Positions 19,708-32,529 of a stretch of 64,000 nt of DNA are shown here, in pieces. Numbering within the stretch: the stretch's first letter is position 1; each line of letters starts with the position of its first letter. Under the pieces are notes generated by a model. It saw only the letters and a program-made list of their open reading frames with translations, ran no database searches and was not told the origin of the DNA. Origin of the DNA: Euglena gracilis (Eukaryota). The stretch covers positions 30,694,395 to 30,758,394 of the forward strand of contig CP154954.1 in the NCBI GenBank assembly GCA_039621445.1, given 5' to 3'. Made by a program: the position numbers and the translations under genes.

Positions 19708-22219
19708 ATAATTGTGGACGATTTTAAAAGTGCTTTTCACCCTGCCATTTGAAATTAAATTGAAAGATCGTCAATGGTTTGACAGTGCTGAACCATAATG
19801 CTCTTCTGAAGTCTCTGATATTGTGACTCCGACACTGTCAGGAGGTCTGAAATTATACGCGTTGTCCTTAATGGTTGGAATAAAACCTGTAGTACTACAT
19901 TTCTTCTCAAGATCGGGTCGGTATCATTGAGGGGAGGGTGGTATTTGTTTATTTCTAGAGATGGCGTAAAGTGGAACCCCCACAGTACCCCACAAAATTG
20001 TGGGGTGCCCCACACCCCTCCAACTGGCATCCCACACTCACCCCCCACACTCACTCACTCACTCACTCACTTTCTATTTGGGGGAGGGTTGTTTTTTTGT
20101 GGGGGGTTGTTATTTGGGGGGGGGGCTTCTAATGGGGGGGTTTACAAGGTGTTGTCCAAAACAAACAAACACCAATGAAGGCTGCTTTTTTTTGTATTTC
20201 AGAGACTGTGCCCAGCATTTAAATTATGCCATAAACACACACATCCCTCCACGTATGGCATAAAGTGGAGCCCCCACAGTCGAGTGTGGGGTACTGTGGG
20301 GCCCCTCGGGTTTCCCGCCAAAAATCCAAACAACAGCCCCCCCCCTGACAAAGTTGACCAAAATTCTTCCGAAAAAGGGTGAAAAACTGTAAAAAACTCC
20401 ATGAGAACAGGTCGAAATCAGGAACCAGATTGATATCTGCCTTGAAATATGGCCTATCCACCCAAAACTCGAAAAAAACGCGTCGTGCAAATTTTAAATT
20501 AGGAACCCGTTCGATCCCCGGATCAGCCGCCGGCCGAAGGTTTTCTTTTAGACAAAGGGTATCCAATTAGAAGCCCCCCCCCCTCGGGTTTTCCGCAGAG
20601 TGACCAAATAGTAGCCCCGGGGGCTTCTAATTGGGGGGGTTAAAGAATTCTGTGACATTTTAAGGTGTTATTTGAGGAATATTATTTGGGGGGGACGGGG
20701 CACAGGTGCTTGTACACGAGCTTTGATCTGCATCTCCTTCATATATCGGTCAGTTGCCATACGAGCGCCAATCCAGTTTGTCCCTGACTTTCTCCGGGCA
20801 CATTTGGGGCAGGACAAATCAGAGATGAACTGACAAAAAACCTAACCGAACAAGCCTTCTGGGATGTTGTGAACAATACTAAAAAACAATATTCAGTATC
20901 ATTTTTGTTGCTGGGCTCGGGCTCGAAATTTGGGCTGGCTAGAAATTTGGGCTGGTCAGCACCCCCCTGGGGGGTAGGGGGGTGGGGCTGAACCCCGGCT
21001 GGACCTGGCCGGTCCAGGCTAGGCCGAAATGGGGCAATTGCCCAAAAAATGACCTGCAAAAAGCATTTTTTTTTAAAAAATGAGCATCCGAGAACCCCCG
21101 CAAAAAAATACCCAAAAACATCATTTTGGCCATTTTTGAACACCTTTTTTAAAATAAAATAAAAAACGGCTGGACCCTCCAAAAAAGGGCTGGCTAGCAG
21201 GGCTAACACCCCCCCCCCCCGGGGAGGGTGCTGCTGCGGCTGGGCTGGGCCAAAATCAGGGCTGGCTGCAGGAGCCCCTGGGTGCTCAGGAGGGGGGGGG
21301 GAAGGGACCCTCACCACCTGCCCAAAAAGGAAGGGCTTTCCATCAGGGAATTTTTGAAGGGGACCAGCCTGCCGGCTGGAGAAAGGTGCTGGCTGGGGGG
21401 GAAAGCTGATGTCTGGACTCCCGTTCCCTCCCTCAGGAGATGGGGAACCGGAGGGGTGGGTCTGGCTGGCTGCTAGGCTGGACCCAGCTGGTACCCAAAA
21501 ACGAACAAAAGAACAAATCCAGCTGGTTTAGACTTTTCCAGCCAAAAATTTTGAGGTGAAAAGGTAAAGTGACCTTCAGCTCCAGAAATTCTCTGCTTGC
21601 CATACATCCCTGCCTCTCTGAGGACCAACGTTGACTGCCAAATAACAATCCCGCATCTGCATTACAATGAGCCAACACAAACTAAGAAGCAAATTCAACA
21701 GAAACATATGATACTCACAAATGGGTGATGGAAAAAAGAGCATTTACTGTGGAAAGAAATCTGAAACTACTGACCCTGTATGACGCTCAATAACAATTGT
21801 AATTTCTACAGAGAAAAGAATGCAGAAAATGATCCAAAGAATGATACAAAATGTTCTCTGAAACAGAAGGCATTTGCTTTGAATGCTTTTCCGGGCCGTT
21901 TATTTTCCAAATTTTACCAAAAAAGCAAATTATGCGAGATATTATGCGGTCTGCACTCCCCCCCCCCCGCCTGCTGTAAGGAAAGAGGGGTTATGTTCAG
22001 ATGACGAGGTTGGAAAACCTTCCCCAGAAACCAGGAGCATTGGAGAACAAATAAAATGTGGGCACATTCACAAAATAAAAAAGAGATTAGGGACAAAAAA
22101 ACCCCATAAAATATGGTCACCGACAAGAGAGCACAAAGAAGAATGTGACTGATTCAAGGAGGTTTTGTTTCTAATGATAACAACCGACACAAGGAAGTTT
22201 GAAAAGAAGGAGGAGGCTA

Positions 22220-22794
22220 AACCCCCCCCCCCAAATATAAGACACCGGTGTCTTATATTTGGGTGTCAACCAATTTCGCCAAAGGGTGTCTTATATTTGG
22301 GGGGTGTCTTATATTTGGGTTTCAGGTGGACGACTGAGGGGTGTCTTATATGTTGGACACTTTTCCAGCAAGTATGTTGTTGTGCTAATGTCCTTGTACC
22401 TTCACATATATTTGTACATACATCTATACATACATTGTCTGAACGGCATTCATCACCACTTGCAGTTGGTCGCTTTCTTGTTGTTCAAAATAATAGATTC
22501 TCATCCTTGTTCTGCTACACCCAAAAAGCAGTTGCTTCTGACTAAGAACCTATGATGGATTCCAAATTTTCGTCCGCAGTCGGATTTGCTGCTCCACACT
22601 CACTGTGGAAAGCCTTTCATTAGGGGGGGGGGGGGGGGGTCTTATATTTGGAGAAGTAGGTGCCAGCCCAGGGGTGTCTTATATTTGGGGGGTGTCTTAT
22701 GTTTGGGTGTCGGCCCGAAAATCCCCAAAGGGTGTCTTATATTTGGGGGGTGTCTTATAGTGAGGGGTGTCTTATATTTGGGGGGGGGGGGGTT
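22220..22794. mobile_element. Non-autonomous TIR element with GGTGTCTTATATTTG subterminal repeats (probably pogo/Tc2-like MITE)
   Basis: AACCCCCCCCCCCAAATATAAGACACC and GGTGTCTTATATTTGGGGG...GGTT form inverted ends, with TA close to both ends. Confidence 0.7.
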
Positions 22795-22859
22795 ACTCAT
22801 CATAAGAACTGCTTGTCCTTTAGATTTCTCAGTGGTGGGTTGAGACATGGGCAAAGCCA

Positions 22860-25800
22860 GATCCCAGTAATCATCCACAATAACGTATCCCCCAGGGGAC
22901 AAGAAAGGATAGAGAGGGGGCCGGAACTGGAGCACACCTCTCCCGCCTGTCTGTCACCTCTCCCAGAAAGAGCAAACAAGACTTGCAGGCCTACCCAAGG
23001 AAAAAGGGGGAACTGCTGGGAAAGCGGGAACAGGGGAATGATTGATTTTCAACCGTAAAAACAGGCAAAAAGATAACCCAACCCAACACCCAACACTGCA
23101 TTTTGTGCACTGTTTCACAGGAAATGTGCTGAAATCAGACAAAACCACAACAAACCAAACAGCGAGCCGGTCATCCCCTGGCGAGCCCCACCAGCCAGCC
23201 TGGGGGAGGGGGGGACACACACAGCGCAGTGAGTGACAGTTTCCAACAAACACCCACTCCCAATCCGCAGGAGTTTCCCCGAAAAGATTAAAAGAGATAT
23301 AGGGTCGCACCACCATCTTTCAGAATTCCAAAAGCAAACCAGCCATCACGACAATGAGCCCCATCCCGATAAGACAAACGACTCATAAACGCTCTCATAC
23401 AAATCTCCATCGAGGCGAATGACAGCAAAAGAGGTCCAGCGGGTCACCTGTGATCAAGTTCATGGTGCATGTCTATAGAATACAAGGTCCAGTTAGCAAT
23501 AATACACACTGGAGATGGGGTTTGCGGGACACAGAGGGATTGCTGAAATATGGCAAACGGTAAACAGAAGAAATGTCATTTAGGCTCAATCAAAGAAAGA
23601 GTAGGAGGGAAAGGGGTGAGGACAAATATCGCAGGTGAGGACAGAAATATGTTACTTAAGCGGTGTAAAAAGTGACTTCACTGCAAAAAGTGGTGATTGG
23701 ATGTGTTTCTTCACAATAGTGAGTGTAAACATATGCGAGTATTTATTTATTGCCAAAGAAATGTTTTTGAAAATGCTATGAATCTGAACATGGTGAGGAG
23801 AACAAGTGACTTTATTCCTTCTTTGCTTTGGGCAATGTCTCGTTGAAATACCCAGGAAGCCATTTTACGCTTTCGCCAAGGAGGCGATTCCAGGCCACCT
23901 GGCCTGTTGAATCCCCACCACAGAGCATTTTGGCCCAGATTCCAGGCGCCAGCACAGAAAACGAACGTCCCTCCAGTGACCAACTCAAAGTGGGGAAAAA
24001 GCAAAGTGATGAACCTGAAACAGGACATTTTTTGCTGCTGCTGCAGTGAGAACATACATTCCTCTCCGAGCACGGGGAATTTTCATGTTCTGGGCTCCAG
24101 CCTGGTTCAGCCAGCTCAACCTCCCCCCATCATGCAATAACGGGCGGGGGGGGGGGGAGGTCCACCCTCCGATTTCAAAAAAGTCCATCAGCGTTGGAGG
24201 TGAAACTGTTAGTGTTGGCAAAAATCCCTTAAAAGGTTTGAAAATTGTCTCCGGCGGTTGGCACCGTTCGCACAAATGTGAGAAAACTATTCCTGGAGCC
24301 CCAAACCAAAACGGCACTGAACCGCAAACCAGACAGCCATTATTTTTCCGGGTCATTTTGCTCCCAAAATGAACACCTTGAAAAAAAAACATCAAAAAAT
24401 TAACATCAGTTGGTTGCAACAATTGACATTTGTCAAATTTTATCCATTATGTGTTATGAAAATCGCATTCACCTTCCCACGTCCACTTGAACATAATGGG
24501 AAATGGAGCAGAAAGACCAAGTTCAAAAGGGGGGAGGTCAGAAAGATCAACAACATTGGGGGTAAAAGGGGACCGCCAAAGGTTTCCAAATAAGCAAGAG
24601 TCGAAAAATTAAAAAACGAATGGTTGTTTTGCAAGGCAGATGCCACGCCGATAGCAGAAAAGTGTCAGCCAGATGTTGAGAAAAGGGCAGACTGCCAGAG
24701 GTGTGCTGCATTCAAGACCCACTCCCTTTTCCAGCGAACACTTGGCTGACAAAAGCTGCGGTCCGAACAGGAGGGTGTCCATTGGACACAGCTGTTTGGC
24801 AAAGGCGAAATTCCACTCACAATAACAAAAGTTTCTGTCCGAACAGGGGTGCTCGTTGGACATGGAGGGGGGACTGAATGTGAACTTATTCTGCAGGGCT
24901 GTGGTTTGAAGAAGCGGCCTGCGTCATACTGGTGGAAAGACCCCTGTACGGCGGCCAGGCTGTTCTCGTTCAATATGCGTAACGTGTGCATCCCAGTGTC
25001 GTGGCATGGCTCCCTTAGAACAACAGCATTTTGGAGAGCGTACGTGAGGTTCAGAGTAGCGGAGTGGATGGAGGGTTGAGGGCGGAATCTCTTCGACATT
25101 CTTTACTGAACAGCTTAAGCACGACGGCCTTCCATCGCAAAGAGGAGGGGGGCTGTTTCTTCACACCCAACAACCTCCGACCCAAATCACAGGGCAGAGC
25201 ACTCCCACGGCCATCGTGGTGCTTTTTGTCCACGGCCCATGTGGACAGAGGCAAGGCGAACCTTCGGCAGGGAAGAAACACCTAGGAACACCTATTTGTA
25301 GGAACACCTATTCGGATGAGAATTCATCCAAAAAAAAGTTGATGAAAGCTTTGCAGGCGTCCAATGCCCTCCCAACGGAACGAGGTTGTTCATTTTTGTC
25401 GAACCTTTGGTCGCCTCATCTTGTCCTCTTCTTGAAAGCGCGTTTTTGAGTGTGAGAAAATAGGTGCTTTGTATTGTTGGGATGGAGAAGGAATGCCTGT
25501 GCCTGCCCCTTCCCATTCCGTACGCTTAGCTTGCCTCTTGTCCAACGAATCCCACGCGGGAGAAAGCAATCGTGGCTCAACACACCGTGCGGCAAGCTGA
25601 TCCTCAGCCAGCGACTATTTTTTCAGTGCTTAAATATCAGCCCAGGGTTCGACTCTGGGCGGTTGCTGAGTGGGAAGGGCAGGAAGGGCAGGGAAGGGCC
25701 CACCTTGGGTTGGGGCAGCCCTTCGAAAGAATCGGCCAGCCACACCTTGCGCTGGGGGACCTGGCCGTACGCTCGGAACAGGGCCGCGGCCATCAGGCGG

Positions 25801-26064
25801 AGGGCAGGGCAGCCTCCGCCCAGTCTGCCTCGCAAACCCCCAAACCTTTTTTGGGCGGGCTTGGAGCAAAGCCCTAAGTTTGACCCTAGTTCATAGGCAG
25901 GTTTGCAGGTGGGTGTGTGGATAGATAGGAGGATGAATAGAAGGTGGGTAGATAGGTTTGGAAAATAGGTTTGAAATTGAGTATGTTGGTATTGATTGGT
26001 AATAAATTTTTACAGGTCATGGCAACCAATAAACTTTATTACTGTTATCATTATTACCAATCTA

Positions 26065-26104
<40 letters not shown>

Positions 26105-27490
26105 TTGTTGTTGTCGTCGTCGTCGTCGTCGTCGTTGAATGGGAGTATGTGCCCATGGGGCGTGACACAAATACCACACGATAGATGAGGTTAGGCCAAA
26201 AGACAATTGACATATGCCTTGTTAGTGCGACATCCGTTTGGTGACTATGAGAATAATGGCATCGCTCCACGATATCTGGGGTGCCACTCAGCCTAACCCA
26301 AGACAGGACTGACAGGTGAGCAGGAGAGACATGGCGACAGGAAACAAACCACACCAGGGGGATGGAGAGTCCAAACTGTCCATAATCCAAATGAAAGCCC
26401 ATATTCCAAATAAAAGTTGTCCATATTCCAAATAAATACAAATGAGAAACAATTGCTTTTGCAGTTGAAAACACCTGCCCAAGATGGGGTTCATTATTTG
26501 GGAAGCCAGCAGACCGTTTGGGTGGGGATTCCGCGTGACATTGGTTCCGTGAAACTGGTTATGGTGAAAACGTCTGGGCTTTGGTTGCGTAGCGTCGCGA
26601 AAATCAATGGAATGGAAAATGAATTTTGAGCATACTCAACATTTGGAGAAGAAAGCAAAAATAGAAGGGGAAGAGGGTCAAAATTAGTCCACTTCCTGCA
26701 AGCAGCCAACCTAAAGTCGAAAATATGTGGGGGATTTCTGCCCCAACAATTGTCCAGGTCAGTTTGGCATGCACTCAAATTAGACACCTCCCACAGTATC
26801 ATCAGAGAACATGTTTCCAGCAATGCAAAAACCAAAGAGTCCCAAACTCTACTCAACAGGTCTGTATCCCTATTCTTCTTGGTGCTGCTGAAGCTGCACG
26901 TAATAGGCTTTGGCAAGGCAACCCCACAGCACAAACCGCCTCGCCACACGCCTGTTTCGATGAAATCGCCCGGCACACCGCGGAAGATGGCGTCTTCAGT
27001 CTGAGACACTAGCTAGCAGCCCGGTGACCTTTTTGAGACACATTTGCTTGCGAGAGCATGCCGAATCGCTGACAATCAGACCAAAAATATTGGCCAGCAT
27101 AATCCTTTGCCCCATTCAGCACATTCCCCATTTTTCTTTCAAACCCCCAGCAAGGGGGTCAGCCACCCTTCTTTGCTTGCCATTGTCAAAGGAACCGACT
27201 GGGGTTACTTTTGGTCATTGCATTTTGCTGGAAGACCCAGAGGGCTAATCGTGAAATCCATTGGGAGCTCAGCATGAGCTGATTTTTGAGCTTTTTGCAG
27301 TTTCAATTTCTTCAGACCTGGTTCAAACCCAGCTAACCAGCAGCCTTTTCCAGCCAGCCCAAATTTTCCAGCCTTTGAGCATGGTGTAAACGCGATGCCC
27401 TGGTCCTGTGCCATGTGGTCTAGGAAGAGGTCCAGCAGAAAATTTCTTGTGTGAAGCTCCGCGAAAAAATAGTAAATGGTCAAGAATGAG
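22860..27490 (-). CDS. TylF/MycF-family SAM-dependent O-methyltransferase, multi-exon host gene, termini unresolved
   Basis: Exons 27000-26931, 25798-25705, 25552-25544, 25240-25217, 25001-24925, 23885-23814, 23437-23372 and 22916-about 22860 join in frame to ...[28 protein letters not shown]...KVWLADSFEGLP...YGLLGESVKWLPGYFNETLP...[13 protein letters not shown]...LYPFLSPGGYVIVDDY. Probable upstream exons: about 27490-27381, 27181-about 27170, about 27105-27074. Confidence 0.9.
23886..24924 (-). other. Euglenid-type nonconventional intron, 1039 nt
   Basis: TATG|acgCAGgccgc...gtggcCTGgaatc|GCCTC: CAG at +4..+6, CTG at -8..-6, 8-bp stem, no GT-AG; splicing restores YGLL. Confidence 0.85.
26065..26136. 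repeat. (GTT)n(GTC)n microsatellite inside a TylF intron
   Basis: Directly visible. Confidence 0.95.
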
Positions 27491-30400
27491 ACTGGTCCAG
27501 GGGAGGTTCCTTACCCCCCCCCACCTGTAATGGCTGAACTCCCACAGCCCCTGGCGGGGTGGCGATGAGTTACGCTGCTGGAAGCCAGCCACAGGATCTG
27601 GGGATTCTGAACGGTGGTGGAGTGTGGCAGGCAACCAGGACCGCCTCACATGAGCAGCGATTGCACGTTACGCAGGCGGCGGAAGCCACACCCTGAGCCA
27701 CAATCATTCACACAGAAAGCAGGGGAAGGAAAGCCAGCAACGTCGAAAAAAAATTTTTCTCCGCCTTGTCCAAGACTGGACTAACAGCTGTCACTTGCCC
27801 AAATTAGAGTGGCCGAATTCCATAACTTTGCCCCTTGTCTGGAACGAAATCCCTTGAAAGATGTTCCACAAGGGGAGTTGGAAAGGTACCAGGGAGAAAT
27901 GATGAAATGATCGGCAACATGATAATAATAAAAATGATGGAGAATCGGGTGGACCGCATCGTATTTGCTTCGCGTCACTTTCCGCAACTGTGAGGGGGGG
28001 GAAGCAGACAACTGATTGCTACCCCATTATTCCATCACCTAAGGGGGCTGTGATGGACCGCATATCCCCCTGCCGTATGGCTCCAATGTTTGCAGACGAC
28101 ATGAAAAAAGATCTCCTGTCTCCATCAACCCAGAAGTGGCTGGCCATTTCACTAGACACACTGGGCTAGCCTCCCCCCCCCAGGGGGAGGGGCAGGGGTT
28201 CCCCGACAAGGAAAATATTCCTCTGGCTGCGTACCGAGGTGGAAATAGGAGTCTTAATGAGAGAGGTTTTTTTTGCCAGATTTTGATCTATTCCTGAGAT
28301 ACCTGGGTTCAACCACAGAGGAGTGCTTCCTGAAAATGGGATCGCGGGTTTCTGGTGGTTTTGGTGTCGAAATGCTTGCCATCAAAAGCGTGCCAGGAAA
28401 CTTTGGTGTGAACTGTTTTGCTGAAAATTTGGTGCAAACTCATCCACAAATTGATCCAAAATTTGCGTTAGGCCAATTTCAATATCCCCCAAGACCCCAA
28501 GGGATATCACATTCACAGGAAGGAGTTTAAACTGTGGTTGGAAGAATAACACTTTCTGGCCATAGTCTACACTTTTGTAAATAATATACCACGTAAATAA
28601 ACCCATTTATATGTCTTTTCTCCTCCAGGAAAACTTCGAGAAATTGGTGCTGACGAGCTGCTTCAAATTGAACTCTTGACTCCAAAGCTTGAGGAAATCA
28701 GGGGCCAGCATTCGCTCACCCACGACGCTGGGGATCAGGATAACCGCTTTTTGGGGTCCAAAAAAATGGGGGAACAAAGGGGGACTCAACCCAACACAGA
28801 CGGGGGGGGGGGACACCAGGTCACCAATCAGTTTTAATGGTATTACTCATCAAGGGAGGAAAGTCAGAGGGAGTCCACGTGTCGCCTGCTGACGCTTTCA
28901 AAAGCCACGGGGAGTGAACATGCGACTCGAAGGGTGCTTGCATCGGGGCTGGAAACATTTGCAATGCCATACCCCAGAGCACACCAAAATGACGGCAATG
29001 GTAATGGCACGGGAGTTCACAGAGCACAACCCCCCCAGAAATGGACTCTGATCAAGGGTGATGTGGAGCTGGCAACCAGACAAATTGTGGCCCAGAACAG
29101 CCATAGACAAGACGTACGGCATGCTCTTCGGGGGCCACCAACCGCCATCCATCACGCCCTTGAAAGCCTGAACGTTGTAGCCCAGGACGGACTTCATCAC
29201 CAGACGCAAAGCGGTGCGCAGGACAGTCATAATTCTCCATTTTTCGGCCCAAATAGCTTTGAAGAAGGATGATTCTAAATCCCAAAAAAAGAAGAAAAAC
29301 AAACGCAGGAATTCCCTCCTCGTCTTTATTATGGAAATAATTCTGGAGGGAATGGATCTCCCCTGCTCCTTTTTGGTGGCTTCTGTTTGTGTTTACCATC
29401 ATTTTCATTTTTATTTTTCGAAAATTTGTGCCTTTTGCCTTTCTTTGGGGGAAAATGAGAATCAAGTTCAAACCAAAATTTCCAAAGGTGGTATGTTTTA
29501 TTGCTGTCGTGCAACAAACACGGCAGGTTGTTGAATTCCCCATGGCAGAGTGACCACGATCATTTTAAGCGTGCTGCATTTCCCCACATTCTTTTTTCTG
29601 CAAGACGTAATTTGGATCGCGATGTGGTTTGTGCTTTCTCTGTGAGGCTTAAAAAAGGCTTGTAGGTTGGTGAGGGAGGAGAGGAGAGGAGAGGTTTTCT
29701 TGGTAAAAGAGGGGTCGCTGAGCTCTTATCTCTTTAGAGTAAGAGCGAAGCTTACCACCAGGGAAAAGTGGGGGTCGGACCCGCCCCCCACCCCAACCTC
29801 CCCACACACGGCGGCCCCACCCTCCCCCCCTCGGTAGACGTGCAAATGAAAAATGAAAACAGAGGATTATCACCATGACACACGGCCCGGTTCCGGGGAA
29901 TTTTTTTTTTTCAGATGCGAGCGACTGGATTTCTAGTTTCCGAATCACCTGGGTTTGACCCCCAACTCCCCGCCAGGCCCGAGTTATTCACGCGCGAAGG
30001 GGTCCAAACTGGGTAGGATTTACCCGCCCCCCCCCCTGGATAAGCCCCCCCCCCCCTTTGGACTCTGCCATTTCGGCCAAAAACTGTCAATTTTCAAAAT
30101 ATCTCCAAAATGAAGCCAAGTCAAAGGAAATGTCCGGAGACCTAATTTGAAGCCCTTGGAACGCCCCATCCACCGGTATTTTGATTTCCCCGCAAGTCCC
30201 CGCCTAGCCCGAGATACGGCCGTTTTCGACCCAGATGGCCGTTTTGTACACTTTTCCCACTGTCCGACTTAGCCGTTTTCGGGGGGTGGGGGGTCAAAAA
30301 ATCGATGTTTTCAAAATTTCTCTGAAATGATGCAAAATAAAAGGAAAGGTACACAAACCTAAATTGAAGCCCTTGGAACGCTCTATCTACTGGGATTTTG

Positions 30401-32029
30401 GTTTCCCCGCAGCTCACCGCCTAGCCCGAGATACGGGCGTTTTTTGGCCAATTTAGGCCATTTTAGGCAATTTTGTATACTTTTTCCACTGTTCGACTTA
30501 GCCGTTTTCGGCCAAAAAAAATCAAAAAAAAATCGAAAAAATTTTTTTGCCCGAAACGATGTTTTTTTGGCCTCCCGGACCCGGAAAAACTGTTTTTGAG
30601 CCGAAAACGAGCGTTTTTCGCCCCGCCGGCGCCCTGTTTTGGGCCGCCGACCCATTGACTTTGGGTCAAACCCGGGTCAAAAAAGTCGAAAAAAAATCGA
30701 AAAATTTTTTTTGCTCGAAACGATGTTTTTTGGCCTCCCGGACTCGGAAAACCTGATTTTGAGCCGAAAATGAACGTTTTTCGACCCGCCAGCCCCCCGT
30801 TGCGGGCACAAAACCCTTGCATTTCAGTCAAAAGAGCTTCATAGAATGGCCCGGTGTATATGGGGGGGTCAATGAAGGGGTGGGTGCGCGCTTATCAAGA
30901 GCTCAGCACTATTCAAAACCTGGTCAATGAAGGGGTGGGTGCGCGCTTATCAAGAGCCCGGCACTATTCAAAACCTGGTTACAGAATATTCTGTGAGGTT
31001 CAAATGCACAAAGAATTCACCCCCATTCCGGCAGACATCGGGGGCTAAGAATCCAGACAACAGAAGCCTATATTTAGGCATAGAATTTTCATTGCAGCAA
31101 AATGATTTAGACCTTCACAAGTGGGCACAGCTCCGGCTTCATCGACATAAAGTGACATATCTGGGGTCAATACGAAACCATTCTGCAAAGCACAAGCCTC
31201 CTTGGAGTGTCTTACACTGTTTTGAAGAGGGTTTGCAAAAGATATGTGGGGAAGGGGTCGGACCCTCCCTCCGTCCTCAAACGGATGAGGACACAGAAAA
31301 TTCTTCAGTTTGGGAGCCATCCAAAGGGACCCGAAATTTGTTAGAAGAACCCTGAATCTTATTCAAAAAAAAATCCAAAAAAACTGCCATATTGCACACT
31401 CCTTGGACATTTTCAGAGAGGGAATACATCATGCAACGTCATGCAAGGAAATAAATTTTTGTCTGATTGAAAATACACCGCCATTGAGCCAATATTTCAC
31501 TTTTTTCATTGAAATTTCATGACCAATGAATCATAAGCCATCCAAAAGTATCGAAAACAATACAAAAAAAAACAAGATTTTTGACGCAAAATTTTGTTTA
31601 AAGCAATACTGGAAAAACTACAAAAAAATACATTAAAAAAGGTACAATTTTATTCAGTTTATTCAATTTTACACAAATTATGACAATTATTTTTATTTTC
31701 ATTCCGCACTTTCTGTATTTTTGCTTTGAAAACAAAACTGTGAAGGAAAGAGTTCATGAAGTTTTATGGATTTATGGCAGCCCCATGACACAAAATCCCA
31801 ATGCCACCCAAGTGGAACTCAAAAACCCAGACAACAGCCCAACAAATGACCAAACGCAAAATTGTGGAACAAATCTGTAGGTTTTAGCAGCTCTGCATTT
31901 TTGTGAAAAAACACCTCTGGAAATGGGGTGTACCGCAAAAGTGGAGTCCTAACTTTTAGGTTGCCTCTGCGGAGGCTCAAGGTAACCAGCCTCCGCGGAG
32001 CCTCCACAGAGTAACCAGCCTCCAAGGAG

Positions 32030-32529
32030 CAGGGAATTTCTTAAGGAACCCCCGGGGGGGTCCAGCCTCCGGCTGGCAAAAAGGCTGCTGGCTGGAAATG
32101 AGCTGCTGGCTGGACCCCCCCCCCCCGGGGGGGGGGGGGGGGGGGGGGGTCCGGGGCTGGAGGGGGCTGGGCTGGGCTGGGCTGGGTCAGTGAAAAACAA
32201 TTTTTTTAAAACATTTTTTCCATTTTTCGACAATTTGATGGATGGAGCTAGATCAAGGCTGGGGGGCTGTGATGGAGGAAGCTGTGATGAGGGGGAAAAA
32301 ATGCAGGGATAGGTGAGCTGGGCAGCCCAGTTGGCTGGCCAGCCTGCGGCCGGCTGGCCCGGCCTCCGGCCGGGCTGGACCCGACTTTATTTCAGTCGAC
32401 CCCCGGGGAGGGGGGGAGGCTCCCAGCCTGAATTTGGGCTGCTGGCTGGATTTGAGCTGCTGGCTGGCTGGACCCCCCCTCGGGGGGGGGGGGGGGGGTA
32501 GGGTACCCTCCGGCTTAATAAATTCCCTG
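32030..32529. mobile_element. hAT-type MITE (GGCTG-rich family)
   Basis: TIR CAGGGAATTTCTTAAG / CTTAATAAATTCCCTG; 8-bp TSD CCAAGGAG / CCGAGGAG; inserted in a GGTAACCAGCCTCCGCGGAG repeat. Confidence 0.85.

Noticed and set aside
20740-21660. Candidate 3' exons of TylF (MRDCYLAVN near 21630-21656; EKVRDKLDW near 20750-20795)
   Set aside because: Plausible, but I could not establish the junction pairing, so they are left out of the gene model.
22225-22790. GGTGTCTTATATTTG repeats as a CRISPR array
   Set aside because: Repeats are short and irregularly spaced, with no unique 30-40 nt spacers and no cas genes; better explained as MITE subterminal repeats.
25799-26936. Canonical GT-AG splicing of TylF (G|gtttgt ... 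gag|GC and similar)
   Set aside because: It gives insertions in conserved helices (GGCPALRLM). The stem-paired junction gives GGLCLM with the expected spacing. One short upstream intron near 27073-27001 could still be GT-AG.
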